Shown here in pieces: positions 47,002 to 55,968 of a stretch of DNA of 64,000 nt (the first letter of the stretch is position 1; each line of letters starts with the position of its first letter). The notes under the pieces are model-generated. The model saw nothing but the letters and a program-made list of their open reading frames with translations, had not been told where the DNA came from and did not search any database. Made by a program: the position numbers and the translations under genes. Source of the DNA: Candidatus Binatia bacterium (GTDB lineage: Bacteria; Desulfobacterota; Binatia; UBA9968; JAJDTQ01); the NCBI GenBank assembly GCA_963666515.2, contig OY762897.2:2368001-2432000 (forward strand), written 5' to 3'.

Positions 47002-47891
47002 CCTCCGGCGTCGCTGGACATGATGAGAAGCCGGTCTCCGGGCTCCACCGGCCGGCGGGGGTCCCGCACGAAGTCGCGCCCGTTCAGGTTGCACACGTGG
47101 CCCGCGGTGAGGCCGTCGCCCGCCGTGTTGATGACCGGGCCCACCAGCGCCGGGAGCTTGAGGGCCAGCGCCGACAGCACCCGCGCCAGCGTGGCCGGCT
47201 CCGGCAGCTCCACCGAGACGCGGCTGGTCCGCGCCCGCAGCCGGGCCACGCCGAACAGCTCGACTTCGCAACGCGCGCCCGGCGGCGTCTCCTCCCAGCG
47301 GGCCAGCGCCGCGGCGTAGTCCTCCGGCGCGTTCATGTTGAAGAAGCTCGATCCGTCCGGATCGAAGGCGCGGATCTCGTCCTCCTCCACCTTCAGGGTG
47401 CGGACCTTGTCGTAGAGGAAGACCGGACGCAGCTCGCCGCGCTGGAGCTGCCCCTCCAGCAACGGCAGCACCGAGCGGCGGTACACCGCGTGGAGCGGCT
47501 GGAAGCGGCCTTCCCAGTAGGGCGCCACCACGTCATGTTGCGGAAGCCGGGAGGCCAGATGGGAGACCAGGGGAAGGCTGAGGAACGGTACGTCGCAGGA
47601 GGTGACGAACGCCGCGGCGCTGTCACATGTCCCGAGTCCGTAGCAGATTCCGCCCACCGGACCCTGATGGGCGACCTCGTCGCGCACCAGCGTGACGGGC
47701 AGCTCCGGCAACTCCTGCCCGGGTGCGGCCACCACCACGATGTCCGGGAACAGGAGCCCGAGCCTCCGCACCACCTGCACGATCAGGGGCTCTCCGCCGA
47801 AGGGAAGCATCGCCTTGGGCCTGCCCATGCGGCTGCTTTTGCCGCCCGCCAGAACAACGGCCGAGCCGACCTTGTCCGATTCACCGGTCAT
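46998..47891 (-). CDS. mobA: MobA molybdenum cofactor guanylyltransferase fused to a MoaD/ThiS sulfur carrier
   Basis: LAGGKSSRMG, SCDVPF, FNMN, then a ubiquitin-like domain ending DAGG. Confidence 0.9.
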   Translation of the reverse strand: MTGESDKVGSAVVLAGGKSSRMGRPKAMLPFGGEPLIVQVVRRLGLLFPDIVVVAAPGQELPELPVTLVRDEVAHQGPVGGICYGLGTCDSAAAFVTSCDVPFLSLPLVSHLASRLPQHDVVAPYWEGRFQPLHAVYRRSVLPLLEGQLQRGELRPVFLYDKVRTLKVEEDEIRAFDPDGSSFFNMNAPEDYAAALARWEETPPGARCEVELFGVARLRARTSRVSVELPEPATLARVLSALALKLPALVGPVINTAGDGLTAGHVCNLNGRDFVRDPRRPVEPGDRLLIMSSDAGG

Positions 47892-48037
47892 GCGTCATCT
47901 CGCCCGAAAGCCCGGCGAGGCCCCCTGCCCCGCGGGCCTTCGCTTGCATGATTCCACAGCCCTTGCACAAGCACAAGACGAAGCGTTTGACGTTTCGACG
48001 ACACGAGAGCCTGCAGGGAAACCGGAAGCCATGAAGC

Positions 48038-48436
48038 TCAGCCCGCCCGCACCTGGTTGAGGCCGGTTCCGGCAAGGTAGCCGAGCCAGACGGCGATCAG
48101 ACAGACCGCGGCCGAGAGGACGACGTTGCCGAGCGCGTACAGCAACTGACCATCGCGCAGAAGTTGGAGCGTCTGCAGGCTGAACGCCGAAAAGGTGGTG
48201 TAGCCGCCACAGAAACCGACCATGATGAACGCGCGGGCCTCGGGTCCGGGCGCCCATGGATGACCGAGGGATGCGCTCAACGGCGCAACCACGCCGATGA
48301 TGAACGAGCCGGCCACGTTGACGAGAAACGTGCCCCAGGGGAATGCGCCGCCGAACTGCTCCGAAACCAGGCCGGTGCACCAGTAACGTCCAACGCCGCC
48401 GATGGCGCTGCCGAGCGCAATCCACAGATAGGTCAT
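48038..48436 (-). CDS. crcB: Fluoride efflux channel CrcB/Fluc
   Basis: GGVGRY, FPWGTFLVN, GFCGGYTTFSAF. Confidence 0.95.
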   Translation of the reverse strand: MTYLWIALGSAIGGVGRYWCTGLVSEQFGGAFPWGTFLVNVAGSFIIGVVAPLSASLGHPWAPGPEARAFIMVGFCGGYTTFSAFSLQTLQLLRDGQLLYALGNVVLSAAVCLIAVWLGYLAGTGLNQVRAG

Positions 48437-48492
48437 TTCCGCATGGGTGCGATCGTTGGCGCGTTGGTGGAAGGCCGGAACGCGGCCGGGAG

Positions 48493-48774
48493 TCAGTGTC
48501 CGATCGCCCAGGGGCGGCGCGCGTGCCGGTGGCCGCCACCGTGGCCGTGCCCCGGCGGCTTCCCGGACACGACCTTGGGTTCATGCGCGCTTTTCTCGTT
48601 CCGCTGATGCGCAACCCGGTTGTTCGGGTCCATGTCGGCGATGAACGGCGCCGTGAGAATGCGCTGAGCGTCCTTCCCGCAGGTCGGGCAGGACGCCGGC
48701 TCCGACGATCGGCTCATGCTGCGAAATTCGGTGAACGGGCCGTCGCACACACACTCATAGTCGTATAACGGCAT
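48493..48774 (-). CDS. fmdB: FmdB zinc-ribbon regulatory protein
   Basis: MPLYDYEC...CPTC...NEKSAHEP, His-rich tail, RPW end. Located in the formamidase operon. Confidence 0.88.
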   Translation of the reverse strand: MPLYDYECVCDGPFTEFRSMSRSSEPASCPTCGKDAQRILTAPFIADMDPNNRVAHQRNEKSAHEPKVVSGKPPGHGHGGGHRHARRPWAIGH

Positions 48775-48854
48775 GGCGCTGTCCTCCCCCGCCGCCACTG
48801 ACCACGCGGCGGGATGCCGTTCGCCCCGAAAGGGGGACGAACGGCATCCGTCGT

Positions 48855-49370
48855 TTATGCCAGAATCCCTTCCAGCAACAGATATCCCGGCAGCCAGCCG
48901 GTCAGGATGCCCTGTATCGTGGTGACGGCGCCGGTCACCTTCGCGATGGGTTTCTGCATCGCGAGCAACAGGAAGAACATGAACCACAACACGGCCCACG
49001 CCGCCCAGCACAGCCCGAACCAATACCCCCACAGCGTCGAGGCATTGATGAGCGTGTCCAGCGCGACCGGAACGACGGTGATGGCAACGAACAGGCTGTA
49101 CCAGCCCAGGCCGCGGCCGTCGACATCGTGAAATCTATTGTAGGCCACCCACAGGTAAGTGAAGGTGAAGAGAAGCGTCAGCGCCGCGGCCTTGATCGAA
49201 GTCGCATCCGCATTCGGCCCGAAGGCCAAAAACGCCGAAACCAGCGCCGTGAGAGCGCCGACGAAGATATTGATGATGGCGATCTCCCGATCACCGATGC
49301 GGCCCATCAGCCAGATGCCGTTCAGGAAAAGAACGGACCCGACGTACAGTAGTGCAAGTCCCAAGAGCAT
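48855..49370 (-). CDS. amiS: AmiS/UreI amide/urea channel
   Basis: LLYVGSVLFLNG, LLFTFTYLW, GLGWYSLFVA, WAVLW. Confidence 0.92.
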   Translation of the reverse strand: MLLGLALLYVGSVLFLNGIWLMGRIGDREIAIINIFVGALTALVSAFLAFGPNADATSIKAAALTLLFTFTYLWVAYNRFHDVDGRGLGWYSLFVAITVVPVALDTLINASTLWGYWFGLCWAAWAVLWFMFFLLLAMQKPIAKVTGAVTTIQGILTGWLPGYLLLEGILA

Positions 49371-49417
49371 TGTTCAGGCCCTCCGAGTGTCACATCGCCC
49401 CTCTCCGCCAGGAACCG

Positions 49418-50656
49418 TCAACTGCAGGACGTAACGTCCACACCGCTGACCTGGACCGTCGGTCCGGAAGCACTCGGCCGGATATCGAAATCGAAGATTT
49501 CCGTCGGCACGGCAAGCGTGCAACAGGCGTTGGGGATATCGACGATTCCGCTGATCCGACCCTCCACCGGAGCCGTGCCCAGGATCATGTAGGCCTGCTC
49601 GCCCGAATAGCCGAACTTCTTGAGGTATTCGATGGCGTTCAGACAGGCCCGCCGGTACGCGACCGTCGCGTCCAGGTACTTCTGGGACCCGTCATGCTCG
49701 TCAACGCAGACTCCTTCGAAGATCAGGTAGTCGGAGTAGTGCGGCTCCACCGGGCTCGGCTTGAAGACCGGGTTGGTGATACCGTACTTCTCGATACCGC
49801 CCTTGATGACATCGACGCCGATGTCGATCCAGCCGGCCATTTCGATGGCGCCGCAGAAGGTGATCTCGCCGTCCCCCTGCGACCAGTGGATGTCACCCAT
49901 CGACAGCCCGCCGCCCGGCATGAAGACCGGGAAGTAGCAGCGCGAGCCGCGCGACAGGTTCTTGATGTCGCAGTTGCCCCCGTGCTCGCGCCCCGGAACC
50001 GTCCGCGCACCCTCCTGCCCCGCGGCCTGGGCGGCGTCGCCGGTCATTTGCCCCATCAGTGCCGTGGTGGTGCCGGCAAGCCCGTCCGGCAACGTGCACA
50101 ACGGCGGCACGCGGTTGGGATCGGTTCTGAACAGAGCCGATTCCCGGTCATTCCAGCGCTTCAACAAGTCGGCCGAAGGCAGCGTGCCGATGAGTCCGGG
50201 ATGAATGAGCCCGGGGAAGCGCACGCCGGGAATGTGGCGGGTGGTAGTGTAGATGCCGGAAAAGTCCCAGCAGGCCTTGCGTGCCTCGGGATAATGCTTG
50301 TCGAGGAAACCGCCGCCGTTCTCCAGCGCGAAGATGCCGGTGAAGCCCCACTGCGAGTCTTCAAGCCAGCCGATGTCGTTGATGTCGACGACCAGCAGGT
50401 CTCCGGGCTCTGCCCCTTCGACGCCGAACGGGCCGCTCAGGTAGTGCACCTTCGAAAGGTCGACGTCTCGGATGTCGTTGGCCGACTCGTCGTTGTGTAT
50501 CTGGCCCCCGGTCCAATCATAGCATTCGACGCGAAACTCGTCACCGGGCTTGAACTGCTCCACAATCGGGATGTCGGGATGCCACCGATTGTGGGTCTTG
50601 ACCGCCTGATCCTCGGGCCACTTGTCCATTTCCGCCCGAAATACCGTCTTGGCCAT
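49418..50656 (-). CDS. fmdA: Formamidase (FmdA/AmdA acetamidase-formamidase family)
   Basis: HNRWHPDIP, DWTGGQI, HPGLIG, EHGGNCDIKN, GDIHWSQGDGEI, DIPNAC. Confidence 0.93.
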   Translation of the reverse strand: MAKTVFRAEMDKWPEDQAVKTHNRWHPDIPIVEQFKPGDEFRVECYDWTGGQIHNDESANDIRDVDLSKVHYLSGPFGVEGAEPGDLLVVDINDIGWLEDSQWGFTGIFALENGGGFLDKHYPEARKACWDFSGIYTTTRHIPGVRFPGLIHPGLIGTLPSADLLKRWNDRESALFRTDPNRVPPLCTLPDGLAGTTTALMGQMTGDAAQAAGQEGARTVPGREHGGNCDIKNLSRGSRCYFPVFMPGGGLSMGDIHWSQGDGEITFCGAIEMAGWIDIGVDVIKGGIEKYGITNPVFKPSPVEPHYSDYLIFEGVCVDEHDGSQKYLDATVAYRRACLNAIEYLKKFGYSGEQAYMILGTAPVEGRISGIVDIPNACCTLAVPTEIFDFDIRPSASGPTVQVSGVDVTSCS

Positions 50657-50832
50657 CGTTCGCTCCCTCCTTGCACGGGTCTCCATCAAAGCTGCGGTAC
50701 GCGTTAGATTCGCCGGTGACAGATCCAACAGTCTGTATAGCGGCTGTCTGTCCTCCTTTCAGACTAAAACACTCGTCAGGTTCGTTCTGAGAAAGCCCCT
50801 AGCACGGCCTGGAAGTGAAAAACAACAAAAAA

Positions 50833-50952
50833 ATGAGAACGAATCCTCAACAACAAAAATAATGAGAACATATTCTCAATAAAGTTCCCGGACTTTACAA
50901 TGGGGACGAATTTCGTATCGTTCCCGGAGCTTCCATGAGAATAGACTCTCAA
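50833..50952. promoter_or_regulatory. Three copies of a palindromic operator ATGAGAA-N4-YYCTCAA upstream of fmdA
   Basis: ATGAGAACGAATCCTCAA (50833-50850), ATGAGAACATATTCTCAA (50862-50879) and ATGAGAATAGACTCTCAA (50935-50952) in an AT-rich intergenic region. Confidence 0.7.
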
Positions 50953-50982
50953 TATAGTTTGTGGATTTCTGGCAAGCAGGAA

Positions 50983-51438
50983 TCAGGAACACAGCCTGTG
51001 GCGCAGTTCCCGGAGGGCGAGTCGAAAAAGCTCGGGGTCCTTCGACAGGGCGGTCTTGTAAAGGGCATAGCGTTCGTGCCCCGCCCAACGGCCCCACTCG
51101 GCGAGGGTCACGGGCACGCCCTCCCCCTCGCTTCGCGCGGCTACCGAATCGGGCACCGAAGCGGCGGCCCACGCATCCGGGTCCATCGCCGGGCAACGCT
51201 CGGCCTCGACGCCGGCACGGGCCTCCGCCAGCGCGGCCATGAACGCGGCGAACACCTCCTTCTCCTCGTCGGTATCCGCCGGCAGATGACACAGCGCCCG
51301 GCGCTCCTCCAGGCTGAAGGCGCGCCAAGTGCTCAGCGACACCCGGACCCCCGCGAGGTCGAGCTTCATCCTGACGTGGAACGGCAGCCGCTCCAGCGTC
51401 GGATAGAACGCTGCCTCGAAATCGAAGCGGTAGAACAT
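50983..51438 (-). CDS. Nitrate reductase-associated protein family
   Basis: FDFE...LPFHVRMKLDLAGVRVSL...W...ERYALYK. Confidence 0.8.
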   Translation of the reverse strand: MFYRFDFEAAFYPTLERLPFHVRMKLDLAGVRVSLSTWRAFSLEERRALCHLPADTDEEKEVFAAFMAALAEARAGVEAERCPAMDPDAWAAASVPDSVAARSEGEGVPVTLAEWGRWAGHERYALYKTALSKDPELFRLALRELRHRLCS

Positions 51439-51476
51439 ACGTGATCACCGTGCGGGCACGGGCAGCCGACCGCGGC

Positions 51477-52709
51477 TCATTTGAACGCCTGCTCCCTGCT
51501 GCCTTTCAGAAAGCGAATCCCCCATACCATCAGTATGGAAACGATGAAATTCCCGAAGGCGATCATGAACGGGACGGTATAGTTGCCGAAGATATCGTGC
51601 AGGAAGCCGCCGAGCCATATTCCCACCGCACCGCCGATGCCGATGCTCAGGGTAAAGTACCCGTAGATGGCGCCGAAGTCACGGCCCAGGAAGACATCCG
51701 CGGAGATGGCCGACAGCACCAGCGCCCTGGAACCCTGACCGAGCCCGTAGCACGCGGCGTAAGTGTACAGCAGTATGGGGTAGGCGGTGCTGTCGGCCGC
51801 CACCAGCGCCAGTATCCCCACCGACGAAACCACCTGGACCAGCGTGTACACCCACTGGTGGCTCAGCACGTCCGTCAGGTAACCGAACAGGACCCGGCCG
51901 AAGATGCTGAACACCCCCATGAGGCCAAGGACGGAGGCGGCAAAGAACGGCGTGTAGCCGATATCCACGGCGTGCGCCACCTGGTGGTTGGTGATGATCT
52001 GGTTGCCCATGCTGGCGACCACGCGCGACACGAACAGCAGCCAGAACATGGTGCTGGTCAACGCCTCCCAGACGGTCCACTCCCCGTTCGTCGCGGCGCC
52101 CCGCTCCTCCGACTTTTGCGGCATCGGCGCGTCGCGGGGCATGAAAACGACCGAAGGCAACACCACGAACAGGAAGGCCAGCGCTCCCATGCCGAAGTAG
52201 GCCAGCCGCCAACCCCATATGTCCACGAGCAACTGCGCCACGGGCAGGAGCGCGGCGATGCCGAGACCGCCGCCGGACCACGCAAGGCCCATGGCCAGAC
52301 CCCTGCGCCGGGTGAACTGCCGCGCGATGATGGCCACGTGGGGCACCATGCCCATGAGTCCGAGACCCAGCGCCGTCACCACGCCGACCCAGAGATAGAG
52401 CTGCCACAACGACGAGACCGTGCCGCTGAACCCGAGACCCGCGGCGAGCAGCAGGCCTCCCAGCACCAGGGTCTTGCGCGATCCCCAGCGGTCCACCAGG
52501 GAGCCCGCCAGCGGCATGGAGAACCCTTCCGCCAGCACCGAGATGGACAAGGCGGTGGCGGTGACCCCGCGGGACCACCCGAAGGCGTGGAGCAAGGCGA
52601 CGTAGAAAACCGCGTAGGCGCCCCGGATGCCGCGGTTGAAGCCCATATGCAGAAAGCCCAGGGCGACCTGGCCGACACGCTGCCCGGTGGTGGCTGTTGA
52701 CTCTTGAAT
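51477..52709 (-). CDS. MFS transporter (possible ATT start at 52709; first ATG at 52646)
   Basis: About 12 TM helices, GSLVDRWGSR motif A, GYLTD. AGGAGG lies 9 nt upstream of an in-frame ATT. Confidence 0.85.
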   Translation of the reverse strand: MQESTATTGQRVGQVALGFLHMGFNRGIRGAYAVFYVALLHAFGWSRGVTATALSISVLAEGFSMPLAGSLVDRWGSRKTLVLGGLLLAAGLGFSGTVSSLWQLYLWVGVVTALGLGLMGMVPHVAIIARQFTRRRGLAMGLAWSGGGLGIAALLPVAQLLVDIWGWRLAYFGMGALAFLFVVLPSVVFMPRDAPMPQKSEERGAATNGEWTVWEALTSTMFWLLFVSRVVASMGNQIITNHQVAHAVDIGYTPFFAASVLGLMGVFSIFGRVLFGYLTDVLSHQWVYTLVQVVSSVGILALVAADSTAYPILLYTYAACYGLGQGSRALVLSAISADVFLGRDFGAIYGYFTLSIGIGGAVGIWLGGFLHDIFGNYTVPFMIAFGNFIVSILMVWGIRFLKGSREQAFK

Positions 52710-52768
52710 GTTAGTCTACCTCCTGCGCGGATCCGTGAGGTCCCGCGTTCGTTCCCGCCCCGCCTCTC

Positions 52769-52872
52769 CTGGACTCCGTATCACGCCTGGGGTGACGCTT
52801 TCCGTCATTCCGGGCTTGACCCGGAATCCAGACGCCCGTTCTCTGGACCCCGGATCAAGTCCGGGGTGACGG
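52769..52872. repeat. Cluster of REP-like palindromic elements
   Basis: CCGTCATTCCGGGCTTGACCCGGAATCCAG (52802-52831), inverted partner CTGGACCCCGGATCAAGTCCGGGGTGACGG (52843-52872), and a degenerate third copy at 52769-52797. Confidence 0.75.
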
Positions 52873-52901
52873 TGGGTATCACCGCGGTGACGGATGCGGG
52901 G

Positions 52902-53759
52902 CTACAGAAACTCGTTGGTCCACGCGTCGTATCGATCCTGGCCCAACACGAGCTTCATCAGATCCGGGGACGCGGCCTGCTCCTTGAGCGCTCCGGGCGG
53001 GCGCCCGTCCCGCAGGTGCGCGTACGAAGCCTGGAGGGCCTGCACCGCCACCTGGAACGGCATGTGGCCCTGGAGGGCGATGCGGACGCTGTTGGCGGCG
53101 AGGAACTCCCGGTCATGAAGCTCCGGCGGGGTGGTGCCCAACACCACCGGCAGGTTGGTCATGGCATGGATGGCGGCCACCTGTTCGCGGGTCCGGACGC
53201 CGGTGAAGAAAACTCCGTCGGCGGCGGCCTCCTCGCATGCCTTCACGCGCTCGGCCAGCGCCTTCTCTCCTTGGCTCGGCAGCACGCCGGTCCTGCCCAG
53301 GATTACCAGCTCCGGGTCCGACCGGGCCGACACAGCGGCGCGGACCTTGCCAGAGAACTCCTCGATCGAGATGAACTCGTCCTTTTGCGTGCCGAAGCCC
53401 TTGGGCAGGCGCGTGTCCTCGATGGTCAGGGCCGCCACCCCCGCGGCCTCCAGCTCCTCCACCGTCCTCATCACGCTCAGGGCATTGCCGTAGCCGTGAT
53501 CCGCGTCCACCATCAGCGGGAACCCCGCGGCCCGGACGATGCGGCGCGCCTGCTCGGCAAACTCCGTCAGGGTCAGAACGACGATGTCCGGCGCCCCCAG
53601 CACCGTGGCGGAGGCGGTGGACCCCGCCAGCATGCCGATCTCGAATCCGGCGGCTTCGGCGAGCCGGGCCGACACCGGATCGAACACGGATGCCGGGTGA
53701 TAGCAGGCGGTGTCCTGCAGCAGCTCGCGATACTGCCGGCGGCGTTCGGTGGCGGTCAC
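52902..53759 (-). CDS. Oxaloacetate decarboxylase-like, isocitrate lyase/PEP mutase family
   Basis: ASVFDPVSAR, VDADHGYGNAL, LTIEDT. Confidence 0.85.
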   Translation of the reverse strand: MTATERRRQYRELLQDTACYHPASVFDPVSARLAEAAGFEIGMLAGSTASATVLGAPDIVVLTLTEFAEQARRIVRAAGFPLMVDADHGYGNALSVMRTVEELEAAGVAALTIEDTRLPKGFGTQKDEFISIEEFSGKVRAAVSARSDPELVILGRTGVLPSQGEKALAERVKACEEAAADGVFFTGVRTREQVAAIHAMTNLPVVLGTTPPELHDREFLAANSVRIALQGHMPFQVAVQALQASYAHLRDGRPPGALKEQAASPDLMKLVLGQDRYDAWTNEFL

Positions 53760-53850
53760 GGCGTTCTCCCAGTGTTGCGTTCCAAATACGCTGACGAATA
53801 TGCGCAGTATCTGTTCCGTGCTCCGCCGAGCGCGAACACCAGGCCGCGGT

Positions 53851-54837
53851 TCAATGGCTTGGATTCAATCGCAGGTAGTCGTAGCGGTCGCCCGACACGA
53901 CCCGCACCTCTTCGACCCGAATCCCCTTGAGGAGGTTGAGCGGGACGCTGACCCCGGGGGCGCCGAGCGCCCAGACCTTGCGGTAGATGTCGGAAAGCCC
54001 CTCCACCGGAGCGCCTCCGACCCCCGCGATGAGGTCACCCGGACGGAGCCCGGCCTGCGCGGCCGGCCCTCCCCTGGATACACGACGGATGATCACGTGT
54101 CCACCCGCCTCTTCCATCTGCGCGCCCAGCCACGGCCTGGGCTTGGCGCCGGATCTCCCCTTCTGCGTGAGGTCCGAAAGGATCGGCTTCAGCAGGTCGA
54201 TGGGCACGAACATGTTGCCCGGCACGGGTTGACCGAGAATCGCCTCCGGCACCTGCAGCGAGCCGATCCCCAGCAGCCGGCCGCTCCGGTCGATCAACGC
54301 GGCCCCGCCGAAGTTGGCGTGGTGCGGCGCGGTGAAGATGGCCCGCTCCAGCAGGTATTCCCAGTAGCCGGCGAACTCCCGGCGCGACACCACGTAGGCG
54401 CCCTGCCCCGTGGGGCCGCTTCCCCCGTAGCTGAGGATCAGGGCCTCCGCGCCCCTATCCAGGTCTGCCGACAACCCGAGCGGAAGAGGCTTGGCGTCCG
54501 GCGCCGCGGACAGGGCACGGAGCAGGCCGAAACCCGTGGCGTGATCGTAACCCAGGACCTTGGCCGGCACCGTGCGTCCGGCGAAGTCGGTGACCTGCAC
54601 CCGCGACGCCTCGAGAATCATGTAGCCGATGGTCAGGATGAGACCGTTGGGGTCGATGATCACCCCGCTCCCTTGCCGCAAAGGACCGAGGGAAGCCGCG
54701 GTGCGCGCCTCCGCCGGAATCTCTGCCTGGACCTTGACGACGGAGTTGAGGGTTTCGGCGGTAAACTCCTGACTCCCGACGTGCGCCGGCATCGCCAGCA
54801 CAAGGGCAAGGATGACAACGAGACCTGCCTTTCCCAT
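53851..54837 (-). CDS. Exported trypsin-like (S1C) + PDZ protein with substituted catalytic residues
   Basis: Signal peptide, GSGVII, TIGYMI, ANFGGAALI, PDZ GGPAAQAGLRPGD. Confidence 0.82.
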   Translation of the reverse strand: MGKAGLVVILALVLAMPAHVGSQEFTAETLNSVVKVQAEIPAEARTAASLGPLRQGSGVIIDPNGLILTIGYMILEASRVQVTDFAGRTVPAKVLGYDHATGFGLLRALSAAPDAKPLPLGLSADLDRGAEALILSYGGSGPTGQGAYVVSRREFAGYWEYLLERAIFTAPHHANFGGAALIDRSGRLLGIGSLQVPEAILGQPVPGNMFVPIDLLKPILSDLTQKGRSGAKPRPWLGAQMEEAGGHVIIRRVSRGGPAAQAGLRPGDLIAGVGGAPVEGLSDIYRKVWALGAPGVSVPLNLLKGIRVEEVRVVSGDRYDYLRLNPSH

Positions 54838-54905
54838 AAGACACCTCCAGACCGGACCGCAGCTCTCCGGCAGCCGATACCGCCCCTATTGTACAAGGGA
54901 CACCA

Positions 54906-54914
54906 TGCTATAAT
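54906..54914 (+). promoter_or_regulatory. Extended -10 promoter
   Basis: TGcTATAAT about 50 nt upstream of ATG 54967. Confidence 0.5.
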
Positions 54915-54966
54915 CCATCCAGAAAACGTGTCCAGCCAAGCAGAAAGCGAAAAATCCTCACCCCGG

Positions 54967-55914
54967 ATGGACCCACGCATGCCCGCCCGGATTCGTGTCG
55001 GCGTCAGTAGCTGCCTCCTGGGGCACTTGGTCCGCTACGACGGCGGCCACAAGCGCCACCGGGCGGTCACCGATACGCTGTCGCGCCTGTTCGAGATCGT
55101 TGCCGTGTGCCCGGAGATGGAGGTGGGAATGGGGGCGCCGCGGGAGCCCGTGGACCTCGTCGGAGACCCCCGGGCGCCCCGCATGGTCGGACAAGGCTCC
55201 GGCAGGGACTGGACCGCGGTCATGCGACGATACGGACGACGGCGGGCGGCCGAGATCGAGAAGCTGGAGGTGTCGGGCTTCGTTCTCAAGAAGGGTTCGC
55301 CGAGCTGCGGGCCGGACGGCGTGCCGGTTCACGCGGAGTCCGGAAAGGCTCGCCGCAACGGCATCGGCCTGTTCGCGCGGGCGCTGGCGGACGCCCTGCC
55401 GCTGATGCCCGTGGAAGCGGAGGACGGGCTGGAGGACGCGTCGCTGTGCGAGAATTTCGTCGAGCGCGTCCACGGATACCGGGCATGGCGCGACTGTGCT
55501 CGCGGCGGACCGTCGCTGCCTGATCTCATGGACTTCCACGCGTCCCACAAGCTGACCCTGCTGGCCCACAGCGAAAGACACCTGCGGCTCCTGGGACGCC
55601 TGCTGGCGGAAGCGGAAAACAGCTCGCGGGAAGCGGTGACGACGCGATACGGCAGCGTCTTCATGGAGGCCCTGGCGCAGCCGGCGACGAGAAAGACCCG
55701 GACCAACGCGCTCCAGCACCTGACGGGCTTCCTGTCGAGCAGGTTGGACCGCGAAGAGCGCGGGCGGCTCGCCGCGCTGGTCGACGACTATCGCCTTGGA
55801 CGGGTCCCCCTGTCCGCGCCCCTGGACGCCATACGCCGACACGCGGCCGAACATCAGGCCGGGTACGTGCTGCGCCAGAGTTTCCTGCGCGCGGACCGGA
55901 TGCCGGACTCGTGA
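54967..55914 (+). CDS. DUF523 (2-thiouracil desulfurase-like) + DUF1722 protein
   Basis: GVSSCLLG...RYDGGH, CPE, KGSPSCG, FHASHK, NALQHLTGF. Confidence 0.9.
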   Translation: MDPRMPARIRVGVSSCLLGHLVRYDGGHKRHRAVTDTLSRLFEIVAVCPEMEVGMGAPREPVDLVGDPRAPRMVGQGSGRDWTAVMRRYGRRRAAEIEKLEVSGFVLKKGSPSCGPDGVPVHAESGKARRNGIGLFARALADALPLMPVEAEDGLEDASLCENFVERVHGYRAWRDCARGGPSLPDLMDFHASHKLTLLAHSERHLRLLGRLLAEAENSSREAVTTRYGSVFMEALAQPATRKTRTNALQHLTGFLSSRLDREERGRLAALVDDYRLGRVPLSAPLDAIRRHAAEHQAGYVLRQSFLRADRMPDS

Positions 55915-55968
55915 CGCACGGCAGACGCGTGTCCACGAGCGCCGGCGTCGCCTCCTTGAAGTCCGCGC

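Noticed and set aside
48437-48492. Fluoride riboswitch upstream of crcB
   Set aside because: Short spacer lacking the GGCGAUGG-type consensus.
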